This document shows, piece by piece, positions 56,200 to 64,000 of a DNA stretch of 64,000 bases. The translations under genes and the position numbers were made by a program. Within the stretch, counting starts at the first letter, position 1. Each line of letters starts with the position of its first letter. The DNA is taken from NCBI RefSeq assembly GCF_035943815.1, contig NZ_DASZBU010000018.1, positions 23,353-87,352 of the forward strand, in the 5' to 3' direction. The stretch comes from Frateuria sp. (lineage in GTDB: Bacteria; Pseudomonadota; Gammaproteobacteria; Xanthomonadales; Rhodanobacteraceae). A model generated the notes under the pieces. That model ran no database searches. It saw only the letters and a list, made by a program, of their open reading frames with translations, and was not told the DNA's origin.

Positions 56200-56562
56200 T
56201 CAGTGGGCTGGTTTCTTCTTTGAGAGCGCTGCCAGACACACCAGCAGGACGGCTACAGGCACCAACGCGCCCACCAGCGGAAGGATCAATGCAGGTGTGC
56301 GGCATACCATCGGGACCAGTTGCGTGGCGCTCGCGTAGGCGACGACCCAAAGGCGCCAGCTGCGGCGATGGCGAGCAACCCATAAGCTTGCCGTGATGAG
56401 AGCGACGGCGATCGAGGATGCCACTAAGTCAAGGACCGGCATTGGCCACCAGGGCGCGAAAATCAAGCGGCACCCGATGACGGAGACGAGCACCACCAGA
56501 AGACACAGGCTGGTGATGGACTCCACTTTGTCCCAAGTGCGCTGCGGCTGAGCAGTGTTCAT
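56200..56562 (-). CDS. Hypothetical small membrane protein (120 aa, 3-4 TMs)
   Basis: ATG at 56562. Hydrophobic segments LCLLVVLVSVIG, VLDLVASSIAVALITASLWV and LILPLVGALVPVAVLLVCLAAL. It is visibly less GC-rich and less GC3-biased than its neighbours, and it lies next to tRNA-Ser. Confidence 0.5.
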   Translation of the reverse strand: MNTAQPQRTWDKVESITSLCLLVVLVSVIGCRLIFAPWWPMPVLDLVASSIAVALITASLWVARHRRSWRLWVVAYASATQLVPMVCRTPALILPLVGALVPVAVLLVCLAALSKKKPAH

Positions 56563-56636
56563 AGGCGATCCACCAACCAGTTTGAGTCCAAGCCACCAAC
56601 GTGTGACGGTGCGGCGAATGGACATGATCGTACGGC

Positions 56637-56665
56637 AACAAAAAAGCCCCCGAAAGCAGGGGCTT
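56637..56665 (-). terminator. Rho-independent terminator downstream of tRNA-Ser
   Basis: The minus strand reads aagcccc-tgctttcg-ggggctt followed by TTTTTTGTT. Confidence 0.8.
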
Positions 56666-56674
56666 AGATGCATT

Positions 56675-56766
<92 letters not shown>

Positions 56767-56852
56767 GAAAAGGTGCGCGGGTCGGCGCGAGCCGGCGATT
56801 TTACGGGGAGCCGGGAGTTCTGACAAGCGCTCCCGGCATGACCGCTTGGGTC

Positions 56853-59225
56853 TCAGCCCGCCTTCTTCTTCGCCAGCCGCAGCCAAGTGTCGACGACCGT
56901 GTCGGGGTTGAGCGACACCGACTCGATGCCCTGGTCCATCAGCCACTCGGCCAAGTCCGGATGATCGCTCGGGCCCTGGCCGCAGATGCCGACGTACTTG
57001 CCCTTCTCGCGCGCGGTCTTGATGGCCAGGGCGAGCAGCTTCTTGACCGCCGGGTCGCGTTCGTCGAACAGGCTGGCGACGATGCCCGAATCTCGGTCCA
57101 GGCCGAGCGTGAGCTGGGTGAGGTCGTTGGAGCCGATCGAGAAACCGTCGAAGATCTCCAGGAACTCCTCGGCGAGCAGGGCGTTGGAGGGCACCTCGCA
57201 CATCATGATGACCTTCAAATCGTTCTGGCCCTGCTTGAGGCCGTTCTTGTCCAGCACCTCGACCACCTTGCGGCCTTCGCCCAGCGTGCGCACGAACGGG
57301 ATCATCACCCACACGTTGGTGAGGCCCATCGTCTCTCGCACCTTCTTGACCGCCTTGCACTCCAGCGCGAAGGACTCGGCGAAGCCCGGGTCGACGTAGC
57401 GGCTGGCGCCGCGGTAGCCGATCATCGGGTTCTCTTCGTGCGGCTCATAGCGCGCGCCGCCGATCAGCCCGGCGTATTCGTTGGACTTGAAGTCGGACAG
57501 GCGCACGATCACCGGCTTGGGATACACCGAGGCGGCGATGGTCGCGATGCCTTCGGCCAGGCGGTCAACGTAGAAGCTCACCGGGTCGGCGTAGCCGGCC
57601 ATGCGCTCGTCGATCTTGGCCTTGGTCTCGGCATCCTGCCGGTTGTATTCGAGCAGCGCCTTCGGATGCACGCCGATGTGGCTGGCGATGATCATCTCCA
57701 GCCGCGCCAGGCCGATGCCGGCATTGGGCAGCATGCCGAAGTCGAACGCGCGCTCGGGGTTGGCGACGTTCATCATGATCTTCAGCGGGGCCTCGGGCAT
57801 GGCGCCCAGGTCCGCTGTGATGCGGTCGAAGGCGAGCTTGCCCTCGTAGATGGTGCCGGTATCGCCCTCGGCGCAGGACACGGTGATCTCGGCGCCGTCG
57901 GGAATCGTCTGCAGCGCGTTGCCGGTGCCGACCACCGCCGGCACGCCGAGCTCGCGCGCGATGATCGCGGCGTGGCAGGTGCGGCCGCCGCGATTGGTCA
58001 CGATGGCGGCGGCGCGCTTCATGATCGGCTCCCAGTCGGGATCGGTCATGTCGGCGACCAGCACGTCGCCGTTCTGGAACTCGTGCATCTGGCTGATCGA
58101 CTTGACCACGCGGGCCTTGCCCGAGCCGATCTTCTGGCCGATGGCACGACCCTCGGCCAGCACCTTGCCCTTCTCGTTGAGCTGGAAGCGTTCCAGCTGC
58201 GTGGCATGGGCGCGCGACTTCACCGTCTCCGGACGCGCCTGGACGATGTAGAGCTTGCCGGTATTGCCGTCCTTCGCCCACTCGATATCCATCGGGCGGC
58301 CGTAATGCTGCTCGATGACCAGCGCCTGCTTGGACAGCTCCTGCACGTCCTCATCGGAGATGCAGAACCGGTTGCGCAGCTCGGCCGGGGTTTCCTCGAT
58401 GCGTACGCGCTCGCCCAGCTTGTCCGAATAGACCATGCGCTGTTGCTTGGCGCCCAGGCTGCGGCGGAGCAGGGCGGGCTTGCCCGCTTTCAGCGTGGGC
58501 TTGAACACGTAGAACTCATCGGGGTTGACCGCGCCCTGCACGACCATCTCGCCCAGGCCGTAGGAGCCGGTGACGAACACGACGTCGCGGAAGCCCGATT
58601 CGGTGTCCAGCGTGAACAGCACGCCCGAGGCGCCGATGTCCGAGCGCACCATCAGCTGCACGCCGGCGGAGAGGAACACCTCCTCGTGCTTGAAGCCCTG
58701 GTGCACGCGGTAGGCGATCGCGCGGTCGTTGTAGAGCGAGGCGAAGACCTCCTTGACCTTGTGCAGCACGTCGTCGATGCCGACCACGTTCAGGAAGGTT
58801 TCCTGCTGGCCGGCGAAGGATGCGTCCGGGAGGTCTTCGGCGGTCGCCGACGAACGCACGGCCACGGCGATGTCGTCGGCGCCGGCGTCCTTGCACAGCC
58901 TGGCGTAGGCCTCGCGGATCGCCTGGTCCAGCTCCTGCGGCAGCGGCGTTTCGGTGACCCAGCTGCGGATCTCCTTGCCGGCGGCGGTCAGCGCCTCGAC
59001 GTCGTCGACGTCCAGCGACGCCAGGCGCTCGCGGATGCGCTTGGCCACGCCGCTCTTGTCCAGGTATTGCTGGAAGGCGTCGGCGGTGGTGGCGAAGCCG
59101 CCGGGCACCGAGACGCCGAGCTTGGCGAGGTTGCCGATCATCTCGCCGAGGGAGGCGTTCTTGCCGCCCACCTTGCCCAGGTCGGTCATGCGCAGTTTGT
59201 CCAGCCAAAGCACCAGGTCGTTCAA
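56853..59225 (-). CDS. ppsA: Phosphoenolpyruvate synthase
   Basis: [41 protein letters not shown] (phospho-His) and the C-terminal PEP-utilising domain. There is no in-frame ATG near the conserved N-terminus. The TTG at 59225 has AAGGAGAG 4 nt upstream. Confidence 0.95.
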   Translation of the reverse strand: MNDLVLWLDKLRMTDLGKVGGKNASLGEMIGNLAKLGVSVPGGFATTADAFQQYLDKSGVAKRIRERLASLDVDDVEALTAAGKEIRSWVTETPLPQELDQAIREAYARLCKDAGADDIAVAVRSSATAEDLPDASFAGQQETFLNVVGIDDVLHKVKEVFASLYNDRAIAYRVHQGFKHEEVFLSAGVQLMVRSDIGASGVLFTLDTESGFRDVVFVTGSYGLGEMVVQGAVNPDEFYVFKPTLKAGKPALLRRSLGAKQQRMVYSDKLGERVRIEETPAELRNRFCISDEDVQELSKQALVIEQHYGRPMDIEWAKDGNTGKLYIVQARPETVKSRAHATQLERFQLNEKGKVLAEGRAIGQKIGSGKARVVKSISQMHEFQNGDVLVADMTDPDWEPIMKRAAAIVTNRGGRTCHAAIIARELGVPAVVGTGNALQTIPDGAEITVSCAEGDTGTIYEGKLAFDRITADLGAMPEAPLKIMMNVANPERAFDFGMLPNAGIGLARLEMIIASHIGVHPKALLEYNRQDAETKAKIDERMAGYADPVSFYVDRLAEGIATIAASVYPKPVIVRLSDFKSNEYAGLIGGARYEPHEENPMIGYRGASRYVDPGFAESFALECKAVKKVRETMGLTNVWVMIPFVRTLGEGRKVVEVLDKNGLKQGQNDLKVIMMCEVPSNALLAEEFLEIFDGFSIGSNDLTQLTLGLDRDSGIVASLFDERDPAVKKLLALAIKTAREKGKYVGICGQGPSDHPDLAEWLMDQGIESVSLNPDTVVDTWLRLAKKKAG

Positions 59226-59437
59226 GTGACTCTCCTTAGAAAAGCTTGGGGAAATGCGCTGCGCAGGTCCGGATTCCGGGCCGCAAAGGACTGGTATTGT
59301 CCGCTGTCGATGGTGCATGGCACAAGAAGACCATTTGTTCGCGGCGCCGGGCCAACTGCATACCAGTCAGCCGGGAGTCAAGCGAACACGGGCTTCGCCG
59401 CATGCGCTAAGGTTCCGGGCAGGCCACCTTCGGGCGA

Positions 59438-60265
59438 ATGGACATCCGCATGCAACGCACGGTTTTTTTCATCTCCGACTCCACTGGTATTACCGCGGAG
59501 ACGATCGGCAACTCCATCCTCGCCCAGTTCGAGGGCATCCATTTCGACAAGCATCGCCTGCCGTTCGTGGACGATCCGCATAAGGCCGAGGCCGCTGCGC
59601 TGCGCATCAAGACGCGCTACGCGCAGACCGGCGAGCGGCCGATCGTGGTCAACACCATGGCCGACCGCGGCTTGTGCGAGATCGTCGCCGCAAGCGGCGC
59701 GCTGATGCTGGACGTGTTCGCGCCCTTCATCGGGCCGCTGGAAGAGGAACTGGCCGCCAAGCGCTCGGGTGCCGTCAACCGCTCGCACGGCCTGGTCGAC
59801 TTCGACAAGTACGAGGCGCGCATCAACGCCACCAACTATGCGCTCGCGCACGACGACGGCATCGACGTGGACTACGAGCAGGCCGACCTGATCCTGGTCG
59901 GCGTGTCGCGCTCGGGCAAGACGCCCACATGCCTCTACATGGCCTTGCATTACGGTGTCAAAGCCGCCAACTATCCACTCACCGACGACGACCTGGACAA
60001 GCTGGAGCTGCCCAAGCGGCTCAAGCCGTACAAGGATCGCCTGTTCGGACTTTCCATCGACCCGCAGCGTCTTGCGCAGATCCGCGAGCAACGCCGTCCG
60101 GGCAGTCGCTACGCCACCCTGCAGCAATGCCGCTGGGAACTGGAGCAGGCCGAACGGCTGATGCGCCAGGCGGGCATCTCCTCGCTCAACACCACCCACG
60201 TTTCGATCGAAGAGATCGCCAGCAAGATCTTCGAACGCTTCGGTATCGAGCGCACCATGTTTTGA
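59438..60265 (+). CDS. ppsR: PEP synthase regulatory kinase/pyrophosphorylase PpsR
   Basis: VFFISDSTGITAET and LVGVSRSGKTPTCLYMA; divergent from ppsA. The start is the ATG at 59438 or 59450. Confidence 0.9.
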   Translation: MDIRMQRTVFFISDSTGITAETIGNSILAQFEGIHFDKHRLPFVDDPHKAEAAALRIKTRYAQTGERPIVVNTMADRGLCEIVAASGALMLDVFAPFIGPLEEELAAKRSGAVNRSHGLVDFDKYEARINATNYALAHDDGIDVDYEQADLILVGVSRSGKTPTCLYMALHYGVKAANYPLTDDDLDKLELPKRLKPYKDRLFGLSIDPQRLAQIREQRRPGSRYATLQQCRWELEQAERLMRQAGISSLNTTHVSIEEIASKIFERFGIERTMF

Positions 60266-60281
60266 GGTATCTGTAGAACCG

Positions 60282-60752
60282 ATGAGTGCCGTATTGGACA
60301 GCCGCTCCGCCTTGCTCCCGGGCCGCTTCGAGTTCCTGATGGGCCTGTATGCGGAAAACTATCACCGCCTGGCGCACCTGTTCGCGCCGCAGACGCTGGC
60401 GCCAGGGCGCTACCGCTCCAGCGTGGACGATGGGCTGGACGTGCACATGCATGTGCAGGAGCGACATCCCTACACGCTGGAACTGGAGCTGACCTACGGC
60501 TTCGTGGATGCGAACACCGGCCACCCCTCGCCGTCGGCGCAGCTGCGCATGTACACCGACGCGCACGTGGCGGAGGCGCTGCACTGCCATCCGGGGCGCC
60601 ACCTGTGGCAGGTGCTGGGACCGTTCCCGGAGGCGCACACGGTGCTGCAGCATCGCTTGCGCATGAACGGGTTCCTTTCCCGCTGGCTGGAATACCTGGC
60701 CGCGCAGGGGCATTCGGTCGGAACGCTCGAGCACATCGACGCGCAGGATTGA
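60282..60752 (+). CDS. DUF1249-family protein
   Basis: FEFLMGLYAENYHRLAHLF...LRMYTDAHVAEAL...NGFLSRWLEYL. The family name is from memory. Confidence 0.65.
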   Translation: MSAVLDSRSALLPGRFEFLMGLYAENYHRLAHLFAPQTLAPGRYRSSVDDGLDVHMHVQERHPYTLELELTYGFVDANTGHPSPSAQLRMYTDAHVAEALHCHPGRHLWQVLGPFPEAHTVLQHRLRMNGFLSRWLEYLAAQGHSVGTLEHIDAQD

Positions 60753-60851
60753 CCGGATGCGATGCAAGGGCGAAGCCCTTGCGGGAAGTGCGGCCACGGA
60801 TGGCCGCATCGGCCGTTGCGCTCAAGGACGAGCGCACGAAAAAAATCCCAA

Positions 60852-60876
60852 CAAAAAACCCGCGCATGGCGGGCTT
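60852..60876 (-). terminator. Rho-independent terminator downstream of the tRNA cluster
   Basis: The minus strand reads agcccgc-catgc-gcggg followed by TTTTTTGT. Confidence 0.7.
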
Positions 60877-60884
60877 CTCGTAGA

Positions 60885-60961
60885 TGGCGGAGCGGACGGG
60901 ACTCGAACCCGCGACCTCCGGCGTGACAGGCCAGCATTCTAACCGACTGAACTACCGCTCC
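60885..60961 (-). tRNA. tRNA-Asp (anticodon GTC)
   Basis: 77 nt: GGAGCGGTAGTTCAGTCGGTTAGAATG...CCTGTCACG...GGTTCGAGTCCCGTCCGCTCCGCCA. Confidence 0.95.
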
Positions 60962-60999
60962 GCGTTGTCTTCCAGCTACACAAAGTGCGAGGCCAACCT

Positions 61000-61075
61000 T
61001 GGCGTCCCCACGGGGATTCGAACCCCGGTCGCCACCGTGAAAGGGTGATGTCCTAGGCCTCTAGACGATGGGGAC
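61000..61075 (-). tRNA. tRNA-Glu (anticodon TTC)
   Basis: 76 nt: GTCCCCATCGTCTAGAGGCCTAGGACA...CCTTTCACGG...GGTTCGAATCCCCGTGGGGACGCCA. Confidence 0.95.
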
Positions 61076-61084
61076 GGGTAAGAT

Positions 61085-61160
61085 TGGTGGAGCCAGGCGG
61101 GATCGAACCGCCGACCTCCTGCATGCCATGCAGGCGCTCTCCCAGCTGAGCTATGGCCCC
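61085..61160 (-). tRNA. tRNA-Ala (anticodon GGC)
   Basis: 76 nt: GGGGCCATAGCTCAGCTGGGAGAGCG...CATGGCATG...GGTTCGATCCCGCCTGGCTCCACCA. Confidence 0.95.
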
Positions 61161-61307
61161 GCCGCTGGAAGCCAGAAAGAATAGGCAGGGTTCGCAATTC
61201 CGTCAAGCTTTTTTTCGAAATTTCTGCGCGCCTCCGTCACGCCGGCGACGTCGCGTCGGCGACCAGGTTGTGACGTAAGCTGCTTGGCCACTCTTCGCGG
61301 AGCGCGC

Positions 61308-63062
61308 ATGCACGAGATCGGTTTCATCGGTGACCTCGCCATGGTGATGATCGTGGCCGGCGCCACCACGGTGCTGTTCCAGCGCCTGCGCCAGCCCGTG
61401 CTGCTGGGCTACATCCTGGCCGGTGTGCTGATCGGCCCGCACACGCCGGGCATGCTGGTCGGCGATCCCCGTGCGATCGACGACATCTCCAACCTCGGCG
61501 TGGTGCTGCTGATGTTCACGCTGGGCCTGGAGTTCAGCGTGCGCAAGCTGCGCGAGGTCGGCCTCGGCGTGCTGATGGTCGCCGTGATCGAGGTAGGCCT
61601 GATGCTCTGGATCGGCACCGGCCTGGGTGAGCTGATGGGCTGGAAGAGCATGGATGCGCTGTTCCTCGGCGCACTGATCTCGTTGTCCTCGACCATGGTG
61701 GCGACCCGCACGCTCGCCGAAGGCGGACTGCGGCAGCTGCCGTTCGCGCAGCGGGTGGTGGGGGTACTGGTTGCCGAGGACGTGCTCGCCATCGTGATCC
61801 TGACGGTGCTGAGCGCGGTGGCGATCGGCGGCGCGATGGAGGCGGGCACTGCGCTGGCCGTGGTGGGGCAGGTCGGCTTGTTCGTGGTGGCCGGGATGAT
61901 CCTCGGCCTGTTGCTGCTGCCCAGGCTGATCGATTATGTCGCCGGCTTCGGCCGGGACGAGACCTTGCTGGTCAGCGCCTTGGGCGTGTGTTTCGGAGCC
62001 AGCTTGTTCGCGGCATGGCTGGGTTTCAGCGTGGCGCTGGGCGCGTTCCTCGCCGGCGCGGTGATCGCCGAGGCGCGCAACGCTCATCGCGTGATGCAGC
62101 TGGTCGAGCCGCTGCGGGACATGTTCGCCGCGCTGTTCTTCGTGGCGATCGGCTTGAAGATCGATCCCATGCTGCTGTGGCAATACGCGCTTCCGGCGCT
62201 GGGCATCGCCGCGGTGGTGATGGTGGGCAAGACGCTGGCGGTCGGCATGGGCATGGTGGCGGTGGGGAAGGATCCGCGCTCGTCGATCCGTACGGGGTTG
62301 AGCATGGCGCAGATCGGCGAGTTCTCTTTCGTCATTGCGGCGCTCGGCGCTTCGCTGGGCGTGGTCAGCGAGTTCATCTATCCGATCGCGGTGGCGGTGT
62401 CGGTGGTCTGCATGGCCGCTTCGCCCTATCTGGTAGGACATGCCAACGGCATCGTCGACGGCATGCGCCGGATCGCGCCAGGGCCCCTGCGGCTGCTGCT
62501 GACGAGCTACTCGGGCTGGCTGGGTGGGCTCAAGCCGGTGGAGCAGAACGCGATGATCGCGGCCATGCTGCGTCGGCTGCTCTGGCACATCGGGATCAAT
62601 GTCGTGCTGGTGGTCACCCTGTTCGTGATCGGGGCCTACGTCAACGCGCACAACTGGGCCTGGTTCTCCAGCTTCGGCGCGAACCGTGACACCCGCCATT
62701 CGCTGATCTTCGCCGCCGCGCTGTTTCTGTCGCTGCCGATGCTGATCGCCATCTACCGCAAGGCGGAGGCGCTGGGCATGCTGCTGGCGGAACTGGGCAT
62801 CCGCGAGCACTTCGCCGGCGGCTATACCCACGCCATCCGCAGTCTGCTGGCGCGGCTGATCCCGCTGGGCGCGCTGCTGGCGCTGGGCCTGTTGGTGAGC
62901 GTGCTGGGCTCGGCGATCCTGCCGCCGCGGGGCGTGGCGATCGTCCTGGTGGTAGCTGGCGTGGCGCTTTCGGCGGTGCTCTGGCGGGCGCTGGTGAAAA
63001 TGCACGCCAGGTTGCAGGCGGCTCTGCGCGAGACACTGGAACGGCCGCCGCCGCCGGGCTGA
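61308..63062 (+). CDS. Cation:proton antiporter (CPA2 family)
   Basis: ATG at 61308. LRQPVLLGYILAGVLIGPH, VVLLMFTLGLEFS and AFLAGAVIAE, with multiple TMs throughout. Confidence 0.85.
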   Translation: MHEIGFIGDLAMVMIVAGATTVLFQRLRQPVLLGYILAGVLIGPHTPGMLVGDPRAIDDISNLGVVLLMFTLGLEFSVRKLREVGLGVLMVAVIEVGLMLWIGTGLGELMGWKSMDALFLGALISLSSTMVATRTLAEGGLRQLPFAQRVVGVLVAEDVLAIVILTVLSAVAIGGAMEAGTALAVVGQVGLFVVAGMILGLLLLPRLIDYVAGFGRDETLLVSALGVCFGASLFAAWLGFSVALGAFLAGAVIAEARNAHRVMQLVEPLRDMFAALFFVAIGLKIDPMLLWQYALPALGIAAVVMVGKTLAVGMGMVAVGKDPRSSIRTGLSMAQIGEFSFVIAALGASLGVVSEFIYPIAVAVSVVCMAASPYLVGHANGIVDGMRRIAPGPLRLLLTSYSGWLGGLKPVEQNAMIAAMLRRLLWHIGINVVLVVTLFVIGAYVNAHNWAWFSSFGANRDTRHSLIFAAALFLSLPMLIAIYRKAEALGMLLAELGIREHFAGGYTHAIRSLLARLIPLGALLALGLLVSVLGSAILPPRGVAIVLVVAGVALSAVLWRALVKMHARLQAALRETLERPPPPG

Positions 63063-63216
63063 CGGGGCCGGGTACACGGGAACCTTTCCCAAACGTGACG
63101 GTCGACAGCCGGTGTCGTTGCCAAGACCGCTCGACGCGCCTCACAATGCCTGGCCTGCCTCCATCGGGGAGGCCCGGTCGCATTGCCGGCACATCCAATA
63201 CACGAGGGAGTTTTCG

Positions 63217-63972
63217 ATGAAGCATTTTCTGCGTCCCACGCTGACGGCGGCCGCTCTGGCCGTTGCGCTGGGCATGACCGCGGGCGTCCACGCCCAGGCC
63301 GCCAAGTCTGGCGCCGCGGGCACGGTCGACAAGACCAAGGCCAGCTACGTGGTCGGCTGGGACCTGGCCAGCCAGCTGCCGCCGCTGGTGCGCGAGGAAG
63401 TCGATCCGGCGACGGTCGCCCGCGCCGTGCAGTCCGCGCTCTCGGGCCAGAAGCCGACCATGAGCGAGGCTGAGGCCAAGAGCGTGCGTGACGCCTTCGT
63501 CGCCAAGCTGCAGGCCAAGGCCAAGGCCCAGTACGAAAAGGTCGCCGCCGAGAACAAGACCAAGGGCGAGGCTTTCATCGCCAAGAACAAGAGCGCGCCG
63601 GGCGTGAAGACCACCGCCTCGGGCCTGCAGTACAAGGTGATCAGCGAAGGTACCGGCGCGCGTCCGGGCCCGAACGACACCGTGCAGGTGAACTACGTCG
63701 GTACCTTCGTCGATGGCCAGAAGTTCGATGCCTCCGCCGAACACGGCAATACGCCGGCCTCGATCCCGCTGCAGGGGGTGATCCCGGGCTTCCGCGAAGG
63801 CCTGGAGCTGATGAAGACGGGCGCGCACTACATGCTCTACATCCCGTCGAACCTGGCCTATGGCGCGCAGCCGCAGAACGGCTTCCCGCCGAACGCCACG
63901 ATCATCTTCGACGTGACCCTGGTGAAGACCGGCCCGACGCCGGCTGGCGGCCAGGGCGAAGCCGGCAAGTAA
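63217..63972 (+). CDS. Periplasmic FKBP-type peptidyl-prolyl isomerase (FkpA/Mip-like)
   Basis: The ATG at 63217 is followed by a signal peptide and a helical dimerisation region. The FKBP core is VNYVGTFVDGQKFD...GVIPGFREGLELMKTGAHYMLYIPSNLAYG...LIFDV-type. Confidence 0.9.
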   Translation: MKHFLRPTLTAAALAVALGMTAGVHAQAAKSGAAGTVDKTKASYVVGWDLASQLPPLVREEVDPATVARAVQSALSGQKPTMSEAEAKSVRDAFVAKLQAKAKAQYEKVAAENKTKGEAFIAKNKSAPGVKTTASGLQYKVISEGTGARPGPNDTVQVNYVGTFVDGQKFDASAEHGNTPASIPLQGVIPGFREGLELMKTGAHYMLYIPSNLAYGAQPQNGFPPNATIIFDVTLVKTGPTPAGGQGEAGK

Positions 63973-64000
63973 GCGGTTTCGCTGAAAGTCGTACAGAGGG

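Overview
High-GC gammaproteobacterial chromosome segment. The gene content and order look Xanthomonadales/Rhodanobacteraceae-like, but that is inference only. I call about 65 protein genes, 4 tRNAs and one frameshifted pseudogene. I recognised no rRNA, CRISPR array, transposase, integrase or prophage genes. Start codons were chosen by hand from the ORF track using SD motifs, signal peptides and overlaps; all family assignments come from motif recognition, not database searches.

Layout:
- 1-13.3 kb: a mosaic of sensory and accessory genes (BLUF, MNT/HEPN toxin-antitoxin, GAF-HWE kinase, ChrA, CHASE-PAS-GGDEF-EAL). It is punctuated by four same-strand copies of a 14-nt motif, GGTGYCAGGGACAA.
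- 13.6-21 kb: secreted and membrane proteins and small regulators.
- 21.0-25.0 kb: a translationally coupled four-gene operon. It encodes a MotA/ExbB-like channel with a roughly 490-aa coiled-coil tail, a MotB/OmpA-like partner and two small helical proteins, an architecture reminiscent of ZorAB.
- 25-33.7 kb: peroxidase/cytochrome b/OMP operon, M13 peptidase, SH3 protein, RIO-type kinase and small stress proteins.
- 34.8-39.4 kb (most interesting): a four-gene minus-strand cluster. It encodes a TIR-TM-TPR protein, two small ORFs that share a duplicated C-terminal tail (PSIKNN) plus downstream hairpin, and a SLOG-like Rossmann domain fused to two 2-TM (SLATT-like) modules. I interpret this as a candidate Thoeris-like, nucleotide-signal-driven membrane-effector immune system that does not match the Thoeris types I know.
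- 39.5-46 kb: a detoxification/stress assortment including a subclass-B3-like metallo-beta-lactamase.
- 46-64 kb: mostly core genes (msrAB, hsp20 with an RpoH-type promoter, mltD-gloB-yafS-rnhA-dnaQ, ppsA/ppsR, tRNA-Ser and a tRNA Ala-Glu-Asp cluster, CPA2 antiporter, FKBP).
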